The notes under the pieces are model-generated. The model was not told where the DNA came from. It worked only from the letters and a program-made list of their open reading frames with translations, and did no database searches. 55,617 nt of DNA, taken from an uncultured Pseudomonadales bacterium (GTDB lineage Bacteria; Patescibacteriota; Microgenomatia; UBA1400; PJMF01). Positions 1 to 8,576 of the stretch are shown piece after piece. Position numbers and translations under genes: made by a program. The stretch lies in the NCBI GenBank assembly GCA_964556485.1, contig CAZKVV010000004.1:1-55617 (forward strand), given 5' to 3'. Within the stretch, counting starts at the first letter, position 1, and the number at the start of each line of letters is the position of its first letter.

Positions 1-65
1 GGATAGTGTACGGTGCACGTGAGGCTCATAATCTCGCAGGCTAGGTTCGACTCCTCGTCCCGCAA
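1..65 (+). tRNA. tRNA-Met(CAT), probably initiator; about 4 nt of the 5' end missing at the window edge
   Basis: Cloverleaf: D-stem GTGT/GCAC (6-9/15-18), anticodon stem TGAGG/TCTCG with loop CTCATAA (CAT at 27-29), T-loop TTCGACT (46-52), 3' acceptor strand TCCCGCA plus discriminator A65. CCA is not encoded. Confidence 0.9.
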
Positions 66-69
66 CAAT

Positions 70-100
70 AAAAAAAAGACCTTTTGATGGGTCTTTTTTT
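70..100. terminator. Bidirectional intrinsic terminator after the tRNA
   Basis: AAAAAAAGACC / GGTCTTTTTTT inverted repeat. Confidence 0.8.
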
Positions 101-129
101 GTACTGTGATAGAATTTCTATATATATTT

Positions 130-1017
130 ATGCATGAAAATTCTACTGATTCACCACACAAAACATTTGCCGAACAAGTGGTAGGGCGAAAAACTGAAGG
201 TGCTAAATCTGCAGTTGGCGTGCTTGGCAAGCTTTTCTCAGCGTTAGAAAGCATTGCTGGTGACAATCGAATTGTACAAATTCTCAAGAAAAATAAAGAT
301 GCAATTGGTGATGTACTTGAGATACAAACCATACGCTGGGATTCAGGAGCGAAAGACAAGATTTTTACCTCGAAGAAATCGGTAGAACACAATTATCTTG
401 GTGAGGAAAAACCTTCACAAATAATCGTAAATTCTGATTTTTTCAACATTGAAGGATCTCGAGGATTCTTGAAGAAGGTGGAAAATGGTGATTTTGAAGC
501 TACCAAGTTGGGTAGCGGAGAAGAAAATATGGCCTTTGTTACGCAGATTGGTACGACAAAAGTTGTGGTCAGATATCCGCATCGCGAATCAAAGCAGGGG
601 GTAAATGAGCCATTTTTTGGACCAACGGGTATTGATAACTATGTAGTACTTCGATATATAGCTGAAAAAACAGCAGTTAAGACTGCACCACTGTACTTTG
701 CGACTCGCTCCATCATGGTCATGGGTATGGTTGAAGGAAGAACTCTCTTTGACTATTTTACCCAAAAGTATGGTGAAAACTATGAATATTCTCCTGAATA
801 CAAACAGGATGCTTATTTAACCAAATTGGAGTCGATAAGAAATGAAGTGCAAGAATCCATCCGTGATGGAATAAAAGATGGGTCGTTTAGTCTCTTGGAC
901 GATCCAAGAATACCAAAAAAGTACCTCGATCTCACACATAATAACTTTATGCTTGATGAAGAGTCTCAAGATTTAATTTTATTTGATCCTTTGTCTGGAT
1001 TATCGAGTGGATTTTAA
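130..1017 (+). CDS. Protein-kinase-like (PKL) fold protein
   Basis: Gly-rich loop LGSGEEN, beta-3 VVVRY, catalytic-loop-like YLDLTHNNF, metal-binding-like LFDP. ATG130 chosen because it lies downstream of TGaTAGAAT (107-115). Confidence 0.55.
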   Translation: MHENSTDSPHKTFAEQVVGRKTEGAKSAVGVLGKLFSALESIAGDNRIVQILKKNKDAIGDVLEIQTIRWDSGAKDKIFTSKKSVEHNYLGEEKPSQIIVNSDFFNIEGSRGFLKKVENGDFEATKLGSGEENMAFVTQIGTTKVVVRYPHRESKQGVNEPFFGPTGIDNYVVLRYIAEKTAVKTAPLYFATRSIMVMGMVEGRTLFDYFTQKYGENYEYSPEYKQDAYLTKLESIRNEVQESIRDGIKDGSFSLLDDPRIPKKYLDLTHNNFMLDEESQDLILFDPLSGLSSGF

Positions 1018-1070
1018 ATAGTTGTTGGTGGAAGAGTTCTAAAATTCCGTTCGCATTTAATCCCATAGTA

Positions 1071-1099
1071 TTTACTTTTTGCATAATTTGTGCTATAAT
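1071..1099 (+). promoter_or_regulatory. Sigma70-type promoter
   Basis: TTTACT-N17-TATAAT with extended TG. Confidence 0.7.
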
Positions 1100-1119
1100 A
1101 TAGGTCTGAGTTAGTCTAA

Positions 1120-1276
1120 TTTTTCACTTGCTGAGAATTCCAGGCCAACTTTGTTCTTTCACAAAATGGCAGTAACTAAAGGTCACAGCGAGGTTATTCT
1201 AATCGAGTAACTTGACTGTGGTCTTTGGCATATTGTCATGCCAAAAGTTGTTTATATTTTTTCGATCAATGAAAAA
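1120..1276 (+). ncRNA. Putative rod-like structured RNA (5' leader or 6S-like)
   Basis: Nested stems 1120-1130/1267-1276, 1146-1152/1244-1250, 1166-1174/1231-1239, 1176-1188/1216-1228 and 1191-1199/1205-1213, with many G-U pairs. Confidence 0.5.
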
Positions 1277-1293
1277 ATGAAAAGGAGAAAAAA

Positions 1294-1710
1294 ATGAGTA
1301 ACGTTGCGCTTGGACATGGTAAGTTGACGTTGTTCGACTCTTGGGGTTTGTTATCGGAAAAGGGGAGTTGGATTGTTGAGTCCCCCCTAACCGGATTTGC
1401 TTACGAGCAGAATCCGGCGCCCATCAAGAATAGAATAGAAAAAGTGATTCGACAAGATGCTGCTGCTGGGCGGGAGCATCTGATTTCATTTGTCGGGTTG
1501 TACCAGTTTGCAGGAATTCAACTGTGGCTTGAGGGCGTCATCACCCGCAAGCACGTTGAAAATTGCACCGAGGGGACAGACCCCCTTGGGGCATATGTAA
1601 TGTTTAAAAATGTTATGATCGGTGGAAAGCGGCGGACTATTAAAGTCTACCAAGACCCACCGAAGCAGTACGACTTCGCAACCTTCGACGTCAACTTTGA
1701 CGTTGTCTAA
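1294..1710 (+). CDS. Hypothetical protein (138 aa)
   Basis: SD AAGGAG at 1282-1287, own promoter and terminator; no recognised motif. Confidence 0.7.
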   Translation: MSNVALGHGKLTLFDSWGLLSEKGSWIVESPLTGFAYEQNPAPIKNRIEKVIRQDAAAGREHLISFVGLYQFAGIQLWLEGVITRKHVENCTEGTDPLGAYVMFKNVMIGGKRRTIKVYQDPPKQYDFATFDVNFDVV

Positions 1711-1747
1711 CCGCAAACTCGACACAAAAAAAACAACAAATCTTGGC

Positions 1748-1777
1748 AAAAAGCCTCCTGTAACGGGAGGCTTTTTT
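1748..1777. terminator. Bidirectional terminator between convergent genes
   Basis: AAAAAGCCTCCTG-TAA-CGGGAGGCTTTTT. Confidence 0.85.
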
Positions 1778-2132
1778 ATTCAAACAACACTCTTTTCCAC
1801 TCATCCCAAGGGCTCAGCTTGGTTTCTTTTTCAGCAACAACTTCTTGAGTACTTTCCGGTTTAACTACCTGAATCACATACTCTCCGGGTTTTTGCAGCA
1901 GTAGCTCATTGCGAGCAATTTGTTCTTTGGCAAAGTCGGTTTGAGAAAAAGCAGCCTCAGTCCGTAAGTCTGTAACTTCGGTAGCAACCTGAGCAACCTC
2001 GGTCTCTAATTTTTCGATAGTTTGAGCAGATAAATCTGTTTTTTCACTTGTTTTTCGCAAGCCAATTACAATCACTACACATACCAGACAGAAAGCAATA
2101 ATAAACAGTGGATGAGAAAATACTTTACCCAT
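1776..2132 (-). CDS. Septum formation initiator family protein (FtsB/DivIC-like)
   Basis: N-terminal TM, coiled coil, EQIARNELLLQKPGE motif; start taken at MGKVF. Confidence 0.7.
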   Translation of the reverse strand: MGKVFSHPLFIIAFCLVCVVIVIGLRKTSEKTDLSAQTIEKLETEVAQVATEVTDLRTEAAFSQTDFAKEQIARNELLLQKPGEYVIQVVKPESTQEVVAEKETKLSPWDEWKRVLFE

Positions 2133-2285
2133 TGCAAAAATCCGGTGTTGTGATATTATAAGACATGCTTTATTGCGGCAAACTAAGCCTAAATAAAGCA
2201 CTGCACGCTTTTCACAAAATAAACGTGTTTAGTAGCAGTATACCAATGAAGTAATAAATTGTACGTAGTGTAAGGTTTTTTGAAT

Positions 2286-3152
2286 ATGCAACAGACGTTA
2301 TCAGATGCACATGCCCTTTTTACCCAAAGTCTTAAAGATGCGGGCAAAGCTCATGCAACAGTGATAGCTTACAGTAAAGACATCGAGCAGTTACTCGATT
2401 TCGTTTCTAAGCGTGGAAAAGCTCATGTAGATGAGGTTTCTGACGTTGATATTAACGAATTTAAAGAAGTGCTCAAGAAGCAACGCTATACTGGTAAGTC
2501 TATTTCTCGCAAAATCAATTCTATTAAAGCCTTTTTCAGGTATCTTATTGGACAGGGAACACTCACAGAAAACCCTGCTGAAGTTATTACTCATCCAAAA
2601 TATGACTTAACACCTCCAAGAGTGCTGAGTAAAATCGAGTATCGCGCACTGAGAGATTCATGCAGAGGCGACTCCCGCATGTATGCCGTTGTTGAAGTAT
2701 TGCTTCAAACAGGTATGCGTATCTCAGAGTTAGCAGCCCTGCAACTTCATGAAGTTGATTTCGACCGCAATGTGATCATTATTTCTGCACAAAATTCTCG
2801 AGAAGCTCGTAAAGTTCCTCTTAACGATGCTGCCAAGAACTCCATTATGGACTACATGCAAATTAGACCACGTGCTAGAGAAAAGACGTTGTTCTTAACC
2901 AAGACATGCAGGCCGTTCTTAGTGAGAAACATTAGAACAGCAATTGATAGATACTTTAGACTTGCTGGTATTAAGGATGCAAAGGTTAATGACCTTCGTC
3001 ACACCTTTATTATCGAGCAGTTGAAGGCAGGTACACCACTGGTGTATGTCTCTCAATTAGTTGGTCACAAGAGAATTACAACAACGGAGAAATACTTAAA
3101 GCTTATCGAAGCTCCAGAGATGACTCCAAATATTCAAATTGAAGAGTTGTAA
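2286..3152 (+). CDS. XerC/XerD-family tyrosine recombinase
   Basis: RKINSIKAFFRYL core-binding domain; GMRISE, NDLRHTF, LVGH and catalytic Tyr (TTEKY). Confidence 0.9.
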   Translation: MQQTLSDAHALFTQSLKDAGKAHATVIAYSKDIEQLLDFVSKRGKAHVDEVSDVDINEFKEVLKKQRYTGKSISRKINSIKAFFRYLIGQGTLTENPAEVITHPKYDLTPPRVLSKIEYRALRDSCRGDSRMYAVVEVLLQTGMRISELAALQLHEVDFDRNVIIISAQNSREARKVPLNDAAKNSIMDYMQIRPRAREKTLFLTKTCRPFLVRNIRTAIDRYFRLAGIKDAKVNDLRHTFIIEQLKAGTPLVYVSQLVGHKRITTTEKYLKLIEAPEMTPNIQIEEL

Positions 3153-3207
3153 TTCATAATTATTTTTTTTGAACTGCAATATTTTGTAACTTTGATATTT
3201 GGGATAA

Positions 3208-3235
3208 AAAAACTGTGCATTTCTGCACAGTTTTT
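3208..3235. terminator. Bidirectional terminator
   Basis: AAAAACTGTGCA-TTTC-TGCACAGTTTTT. Confidence 0.85.
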
Positions 3236-3262
3236 GAACAAATAAGATTTTCCTTATCAATG

Positions 3263-5014
3263 CTACTTGCCGATGACAATCGGCAGAAAAACATACGAAT
3301 TTTCTGCTTGAGTCACGGTCAGTGACACTGACATTTCAATAGTTGTCAGATAATCCTTGTGAGGAAGTATCTGGACAACAGCGTTGTTTGATCCCAAATT
3401 TGCTGCTCTGGGATCAAACTCCAATGCAGTGACTACACTTTGGCCAGCAGGAACATACATGACTGTTGAATTTACATTCAACCAGTTTGCTGCATCTTCT
3501 TCAAGATGCACATATGTACCGTATGTGCCAGAGTTTGTAATCGTCAAACCTATGCTCTTTGGTAGCTCGTCTTGAGCCATTGTTTCATCAAGGGACGTTG
3601 GGGATATTGATAACAGCGCCCCTCCAACAGTAAATGAGACTGGAATTTCGATGATCTCATTTTGAGGATCATTTGTAAATATTACTGTTGTGTCCTGGTG
3701 TATCCCTGGATAGAGGGCTTGGGCGTTTGCATCTAAGAAAAACCCCATGCTCGTCATCTGAGGAATTGTCAGGACTTCAACATTATTTCCTGCGTCCAAC
3801 CATTCTGGTAGAGAAAAACGGAAATATTTTTCAGTTTCTCCCCCAAAAATAAATTGGATAAATTCTGAATCACCTCCATTAATCTCTGCAAAGAATTGCA
3901 TTGGAGCTGTTGAGGTTGAGATAACAGCGCGGTTTGGTCCGCCTTTAAATATGCTGTTTTCTCCTCCTTCTCGACCCACAATGACATCAAGATCGCCATC
4001 GCTGTCAGCATCTACCGATGCTGTACTCGTTCCTGTTGCGATCAATTGATTTGGCCACCACAATGGGATGATTCCCGAAAAAAACCATGAGCCATTGGAG
4101 CCGATAAAATAAATATCGTCTCCAATCTCACCGTCTAAATTTGCCAACAAAACATCGTTGGCATCATAATTGAATGGCGGATCTACGTTTTTTGCGTAAA
4201 TGCCATTTTGATTCCGATACACTCTACTTATTAGCCCTGCAACTGCAACGTCAGTCAAGCCGTCTGCATTCAGATCGCCAATTGCGATGCGATTGCCACC
4301 CGATTGATTGAGAGATGGCTGGTTGTCATCGAATGTAAATGTTGCTGCGTTACCTAGATATACGCTGTCAGCAACAATGTCGCTGACAACAAATAGATCT
4401 AAGCTTGAGTCATCATCTACATTCAGAAGTTGGACATCATTGTATCCATCTTCCGAACCAAATTCGGTTGAGAGCACTAAGCTCCCGTCCGCATTTGACA
4501 TCCAAGCTTGAAGTTGTCCGTTCTTATTGGCAACTACTAAGTCGTTGCCATTTTGACCATCTATTTGGCCTGCTGATATGCCGGAGCAAATCTCGTTTTG
4601 ACTGCCAAAATTGTAGCCAAAGATAAATTGCTCTGTGCTAGTGCCAAACCAAATTTGATTGGCGGCAGTGGCATTACAGAAGGCGATATCGAGATAGCCG
4701 TCATTATTGATGTCGGCAATGTCTGCCTCTGAAGTTCCATCGCCAGCTCCTCCGTACGAACCTACGGAGTGAAAGATTCCTAATCTGCTTTCGACAAGAT
4801 ATACCTCACTTGTCGAATTGCTTCTGGTTTCGAGAACAAATTGTTCGTCTCCAATTTCAAAGGAAACCATGTCGGTCGTTTGACCACCATTGGTTCCAAA
4901 AGTATGTACAGATTCAAAAAACTGCACATACTCTTCTGGAGCTGCAGCTATGCTGGTAACTCCAAGAAAAAACGTAAATAATAAGATGAGCAAAAAAATA
5001 GATCGTATCTTCAT
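3263..5014 (-). CDS. Secreted FG-GAP/VCBS-repeat beta-propeller with two Ig/BACON-like domains (adhesin candidate)
   Basis: Signal peptide; six Ca-binding-type repeats (ADINNDGYLD, GQIDGQNGND, LNVDDDSSLD, GDLNADGLTD, ANLDGEIGDD, VDADSDGDLD); C-terminus YVFLPIVIGK. Confidence 0.8.
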   Translation of the reverse strand: MKIRSIFLLILLFTFFLGVTSIAAAPEEYVQFFESVHTFGTNGGQTTDMVSFEIGDEQFVLETRSNSTSEVYLVESRLGIFHSVGSYGGAGDGTSEADIADINNDGYLDIAFCNATAANQIWFGTSTEQFIFGYNFGSQNEICSGISAGQIDGQNGNDLVVANKNGQLQAWMSNADGSLVLSTEFGSEDGYNDVQLLNVDDDSSLDLFVVSDIVADSVYLGNAATFTFDDNQPSLNQSGGNRIAIGDLNADGLTDVAVAGLISRVYRNQNGIYAKNVDPPFNYDANDVLLANLDGEIGDDIYFIGSNGSWFFSGIIPLWWPNQLIATGTSTASVDADSDGDLDVIVGREGGENSIFKGGPNRAVISTSTAPMQFFAEINGGDSEFIQFIFGGETEKYFRFSLPEWLDAGNNVEVLTIPQMTSMGFFLDANAQALYPGIHQDTTVIFTNDPQNEIIEIPVSFTVGGALLSISPTSLDETMAQDELPKSIGLTITNSGTYGTYVHLEEDAANWLNVNSTVMYVPAGQSVVTALEFDPRAANLGSNNAVVQILPHKDYLTTIEMSVSLTVTQAENSYVFLPIVIGK

Positions 5015-5278
5015 TTCTCTCCTTTTCTTATGAAAATCTCACTTGTTAAAGAATTGGCATCACTACAAACAAATGTAGAATGCCGAATTTGTCTACACAT
5101 TTGTTATGTATAAACAACATTGATAGTATATCATTTAATCTCATAATATACAAAGTTTGCTGAATTTGATACATTTATAGGATATAATACAACTACAAGA
5201 GCTGTAGACAACTGTAATAATGTTGTAAAACAGTTATTCTTTAAAAAATAAACGTGAAGAAAAAGGAGAAACGGCCGC

Positions 5279-7042
5279 ATGTTTAAACGAAAAAGTGTGA
5301 TAGTGATGTTTCTGTGTTTAATTATTGTGATTACTTGGGTTAATAACCATCAAGTAAAAGCTAACCAACTGACTTTTCCGCTTGCGAATGACTTTTTGTC
5401 CCCTCATTTTTTGGCAACAGATAGTAGTAATGCTAATTGGACGTCAATTCCAAATGGTACTCAGATTGTTGCTGTGAGAGGCTCAAACCAAAACGGTTAT
5501 TCAGACTTGCAATTGTTAACTCCCAATGGCGAATCGCTATTTGTAGCAACAGTTGCAATTAAAAGCAATGGGCCTCAATTAGAGCCATTGCATAATCGAG
5601 TGCTTCGCCTTCAAGCTGCTGGCGTACCTATGCAAGGTAGCTTTTCGGCTCCAGTAGTCCGTTTTTTCGAATATGCAGGAAATACAGCAGAATATCAAGG
5701 AGAATTAGTAGGTGTTAGAGATGGTGGATTATTTGTTGCATTTAATCCACCAGCAGATTGGTTTAATCCATTTGTAGACTTTCCCCTGCAACACATGTAC
5801 GTTCCAGATGAGTTAGTAATTTCGGTTGGAAATCAACAAATTCCAGCAGTCAATACTTATTCTTTGGAAACTCATATTGACGAATCTTTGAGATCTCAAC
5901 ATGTAGCATCTTTACTGGGTGTAGCGCAGATTCCTTTAGATGAGACTGTAATGAAGACTGGTGTAGGAGAAAACACTATTGAAAGAAACATATTTGGGTT
6001 TGAAATTACTGCAGACATTTATCTCAGAGCAACAAGATTGCAAACTATCGCAGCTGTTTTGATGGAATATGAAAGAGGTGTGTTGAGTAATCGGCAGATG
6101 GCAGTTGTGTTGCAAGATTTGGATATCGATCTCTTACCTTTGAGTTCAACACTTGTTTCAAGTGTATACAAGTTTTCTTTTGTACTCGAAGGTAGGGCGG
6201 TGTTGATGGTTGATGATGTCGAAGGGGAACAGTGGTTGGTGACATTGTTTGATGATCATAGCTTAGATCGAAAGTACTTGGTGAGTCGATTTAATACCGA
6301 GAGACAATCGATTCGAACAATGGTTCCAACCAGAAATGAGAGATATGTATTACTCGCAACTATTGGGGATGAAAATTTTTCATTGCAGCGGTCATTGCTG
6401 CTGCTTGATTTGAATGACCCGAACCATGAGGGAGTTCCTGTTCATTTTGCCGATAGACCAGATTTGTTTCCAATTTATGCAAAAATTGTTACAAATAGGG
6501 CGCCAAATCAAAGCAAAGATGTCATACTTGCGCGATATGGATTTAGCACAAGTCCAACGGTGAATGGACAGAATGAGCATGGCGGGTTGTATCTCCTGAA
6601 TACAGCCGAAATAATTGCTTCTTACGAGAATTTTTCGACTACCAACATCACCCTACCAGAAGCTGCTTTTCAGAACTTGTATCCCGGAAGTCATGTGTTC
6701 GATTCTTTTAGTCCAAATCACTTTATTGGTACAGTTTGGGATCAAACTCAAAATGCAGAAGTGCAACCACCCTCATTGGGTGAATTCACTATCTATCTTC
6801 CAGTGATCTCCAAACTTGAATTAGGTCAATTAGTCACACTGCAGAAAAATTGTTGGTTGGTAAAGACTAACACGGGATTAAATGGTGATGTGCCCACATC
6901 TTTAGTGAGAGGGTATACCTCTGGCTGGAATACTAACATCATCAACTTGAATGAAGCGGGTTATATGTTAGCTATTGGCTACATGGCAAATTGGCCTTAT
7001 GGTAGTTTGCCAACTACGATGGGTGTTGTAGAATTTAGATAG
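5279..7042 (+). CDS. Secreted hypothetical protein (587 aa)
   Basis: SD AAGGAG, signal-peptide-like N-terminus, internal IYLPVISK motif, own terminator. Confidence 0.7.
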   Translation: MFKRKSVIVMFLCLIIVITWVNNHQVKANQLTFPLANDFLSPHFLATDSSNANWTSIPNGTQIVAVRGSNQNGYSDLQLLTPNGESLFVATVAIKSNGPQLEPLHNRVLRLQAAGVPMQGSFSAPVVRFFEYAGNTAEYQGELVGVRDGGLFVAFNPPADWFNPFVDFPLQHMYVPDELVISVGNQQIPAVNTYSLETHIDESLRSQHVASLLGVAQIPLDETVMKTGVGENTIERNIFGFEITADIYLRATRLQTIAAVLMEYERGVLSNRQMAVVLQDLDIDLLPLSSTLVSSVYKFSFVLEGRAVLMVDDVEGEQWLVTLFDDHSLDRKYLVSRFNTERQSIRTMVPTRNERYVLLATIGDENFSLQRSLLLLDLNDPNHEGVPVHFADRPDLFPIYAKIVTNRAPNQSKDVILARYGFSTSPTVNGQNEHGGLYLLNTAEIIASYENFSTTNITLPEAAFQNLYPGSHVFDSFSPNHFIGTVWDQTQNAEVQPPSLGEFTIYLPVISKLELGQLVTLQKNCWLVKTNTGLNGDVPTSLVRGYTSGWNTNIINLNEAGYMLAIGYMANWPYGSLPTTMGVVEFR

Positions 7043-7064
7043 TTAGTTCATGTTTATTTATTTC

Positions 7065-7091
7065 ACCCTCCTGGAAACAGGAGGGTTTTTT
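7065..7091 (+). terminator. Intrinsic terminator
   Basis: ACCCTCCTG-GAAA-CAGGAGGGT followed by a T-tract. Confidence 0.9.
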
Positions 7092-7165
7092 ATTTTTTAA
7101 TGTGGAGATACCTGGTAAAAGATTCCCTTAGTACTATATAATGTCAGTTAGAAAAGGATTTCAGC

Positions 7166-8155
7166 ATGAAAAGACGAGTACTGTCGGGAATGAGAGCAAC
7201 GGGCAGATTGCATCTTGGGAATTACCTTGGTGCAGCCAAAGGCATGCTTGCTCTGCAAGAGCGTGATGATCTCGAAACCATGTATATGGTTGCCGATGTT
7301 CACACTATCACAACTCCTTACAGCGTGGATGAACTCAGGCATGATCGCAGGCAAGTATTGATTGACTATCTTTCTGTAGGACTCGATCCTCAGAAAAGCA
7401 TCCTATTTCAACAGAGTGAAGTTCCCGAGCATTTAGAGTTAGCATTTTATTTTTCGTCCGTAATGAGCATTGCTCGCATGCAACATTTGCCTACTTTTAA
7501 AGATAAGGTGAAGCAGCATCCAGACAATGCAACGATGGCGCTTTTAAACTATCCACTGCTTATGGCTGCTGATATTTTGCTCTATAAAGCCTCACTTGTT
7601 CCAGTTGGCACAGATCAAGAACCGCATTTAGAAATTGCTCGAGAAATTGCTCGAAAAATGAACGCCGAGTATGGTTTGACATTTCCTGAGCCAGTTCGAT
7701 TTGCGACTGAAGGTGAGTATGTGCCATCGCTGTTGGGTCAGGGGAAAATGAGCAAAACAGTTGAAGGAAGTGCTATCAATCTTACTGACGATCTCGATAC
7801 AATTGCAGCAAAACTCAAAAAAGCTCCAACCGACAGTGGTAGTGGCAGAGAAATACCTACTGAAGGCGGTGTGGCGTACCTCTTCAAGCTCGTGGGACTG
7901 ATTGAAGGAAAGGTAACCCAACGGATGTATGAAGCCGAGTATCTCGGATCTGGTGTGCGATATGGGGTATTAAAGTCGCAGCTATCTGAGGCTATTTTTG
8001 ATGTGCTGCTACCCATTCAACAAAAACGTGCAGAAATAGAAGCAGATTCAACATTTGTTGATGCAGTCATCAAAGAAGGTGCTCAAAAAGCGCGTGCACT
8101 CGCAGTCAAAACCTTGAATGAGGTTCGAGTAGCTTTGGGACTAAGAGAAAAATAG
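7166..8155 (+). CDS. trpS: Tryptophanyl-tRNA synthetase
   Basis: HLGN (HIGH motif), MAADILLY, VPVGTDQEPH, KMSKT. Confidence 0.97.
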   Translation: MKRRVLSGMRATGRLHLGNYLGAAKGMLALQERDDLETMYMVADVHTITTPYSVDELRHDRRQVLIDYLSVGLDPQKSILFQQSEVPEHLELAFYFSSVMSIARMQHLPTFKDKVKQHPDNATMALLNYPLLMAADILLYKASLVPVGTDQEPHLEIAREIARKMNAEYGLTFPEPVRFATEGEYVPSLLGQGKMSKTVEGSAINLTDDLDTIAAKLKKAPTDSGSGREIPTEGGVAYLFKLVGLIEGKVTQRMYEAEYLGSGVRYGVLKSQLSEAIFDVLLPIQQKRAEIEADSTFVDAVIKEGAQKARALAVKTLNEVRVALGLREK

Positions 8156-8164
8156 AAAGTCAAA

Positions 8165-8512
8165 ATGATTGATGAAACAATCCAAAAACACAGTATTTCG
8201 TATGAAGATTTCAGCAAATTAGATATTCGAGTTGCAACAGTCATTGCTTGTGAGTCTATTGAAGGTGCCGACAGATTGCTCAAGGTTACACTTGAGGTTG
8301 GTGAGTTAGGTGAAAGAACTGTTGCCGCTGGTATTAAGCAGTGGTATCAACCTGAAGAAATGGTTGGAAAAACAGTGATTTATCTGGCAAACCTTGAACC
8401 AAGAGTGTTGCGCGGAGTCACTAGTCAAGGCATGATCTTAGCTGCTGGTGGAGATGAAGCAGTGTTACTTCAGCCTGAAAAAAGTGTCTCAGTAGGCACA
8501 GTTGTACGATAG
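8165..8512 (+). CDS. Stand-alone tRNA-binding OB fold (MetRS C-terminal/Trbp111-like)
   Basis: DFSKLDIRVA...ADRLL...ANLEPRVLRGVTSQGMILAA. Confidence 0.9.
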   Translation: MIDETIQKHSISYEDFSKLDIRVATVIACESIEGADRLLKVTLEVGELGERTVAAGIKQWYQPEEMVGKTVIYLANLEPRVLRGVTSQGMILAAGGDEAVLLQPEKSVSVGTVVR

Positions 8513-8576
8513 TTTGGTCAAGAAGCTAGGTAAATTGGTGTGGGATATTCGCCTCCTTTCCTTTATAATGCCCAGC

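Noticed and set aside
1081-1110. dif-like site (GCATAA half) here and near 54607
   Set aside because: No XerD arm (TTATGTTAAAT-like) at the 6-nt spacing; both fit promoter or coding context better.
2286-3152. HxxR motif reads NDLR, suggesting an inactive recombinase
   Set aside because: The other catalytic residues (Arg, Arg, His, Tyr) are intact and this His position is known to vary.
1-7042. tRNA-anchored genomic island mobilised by the tyrosine recombinase
   Set aside because: No duplicate of the tRNA 3' end was seen, a cell-division gene lies inside, and the recombinase looks like housekeeping XerC/D.
8502-8576. Longer N-termini given by the ORF track for ftsH, sufC (30788), 30097, pnp (22119) and others
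   Set aside because: They overlap upstream genes, terminators or the promoter itself; downstream starts fit SD or -10 positions.
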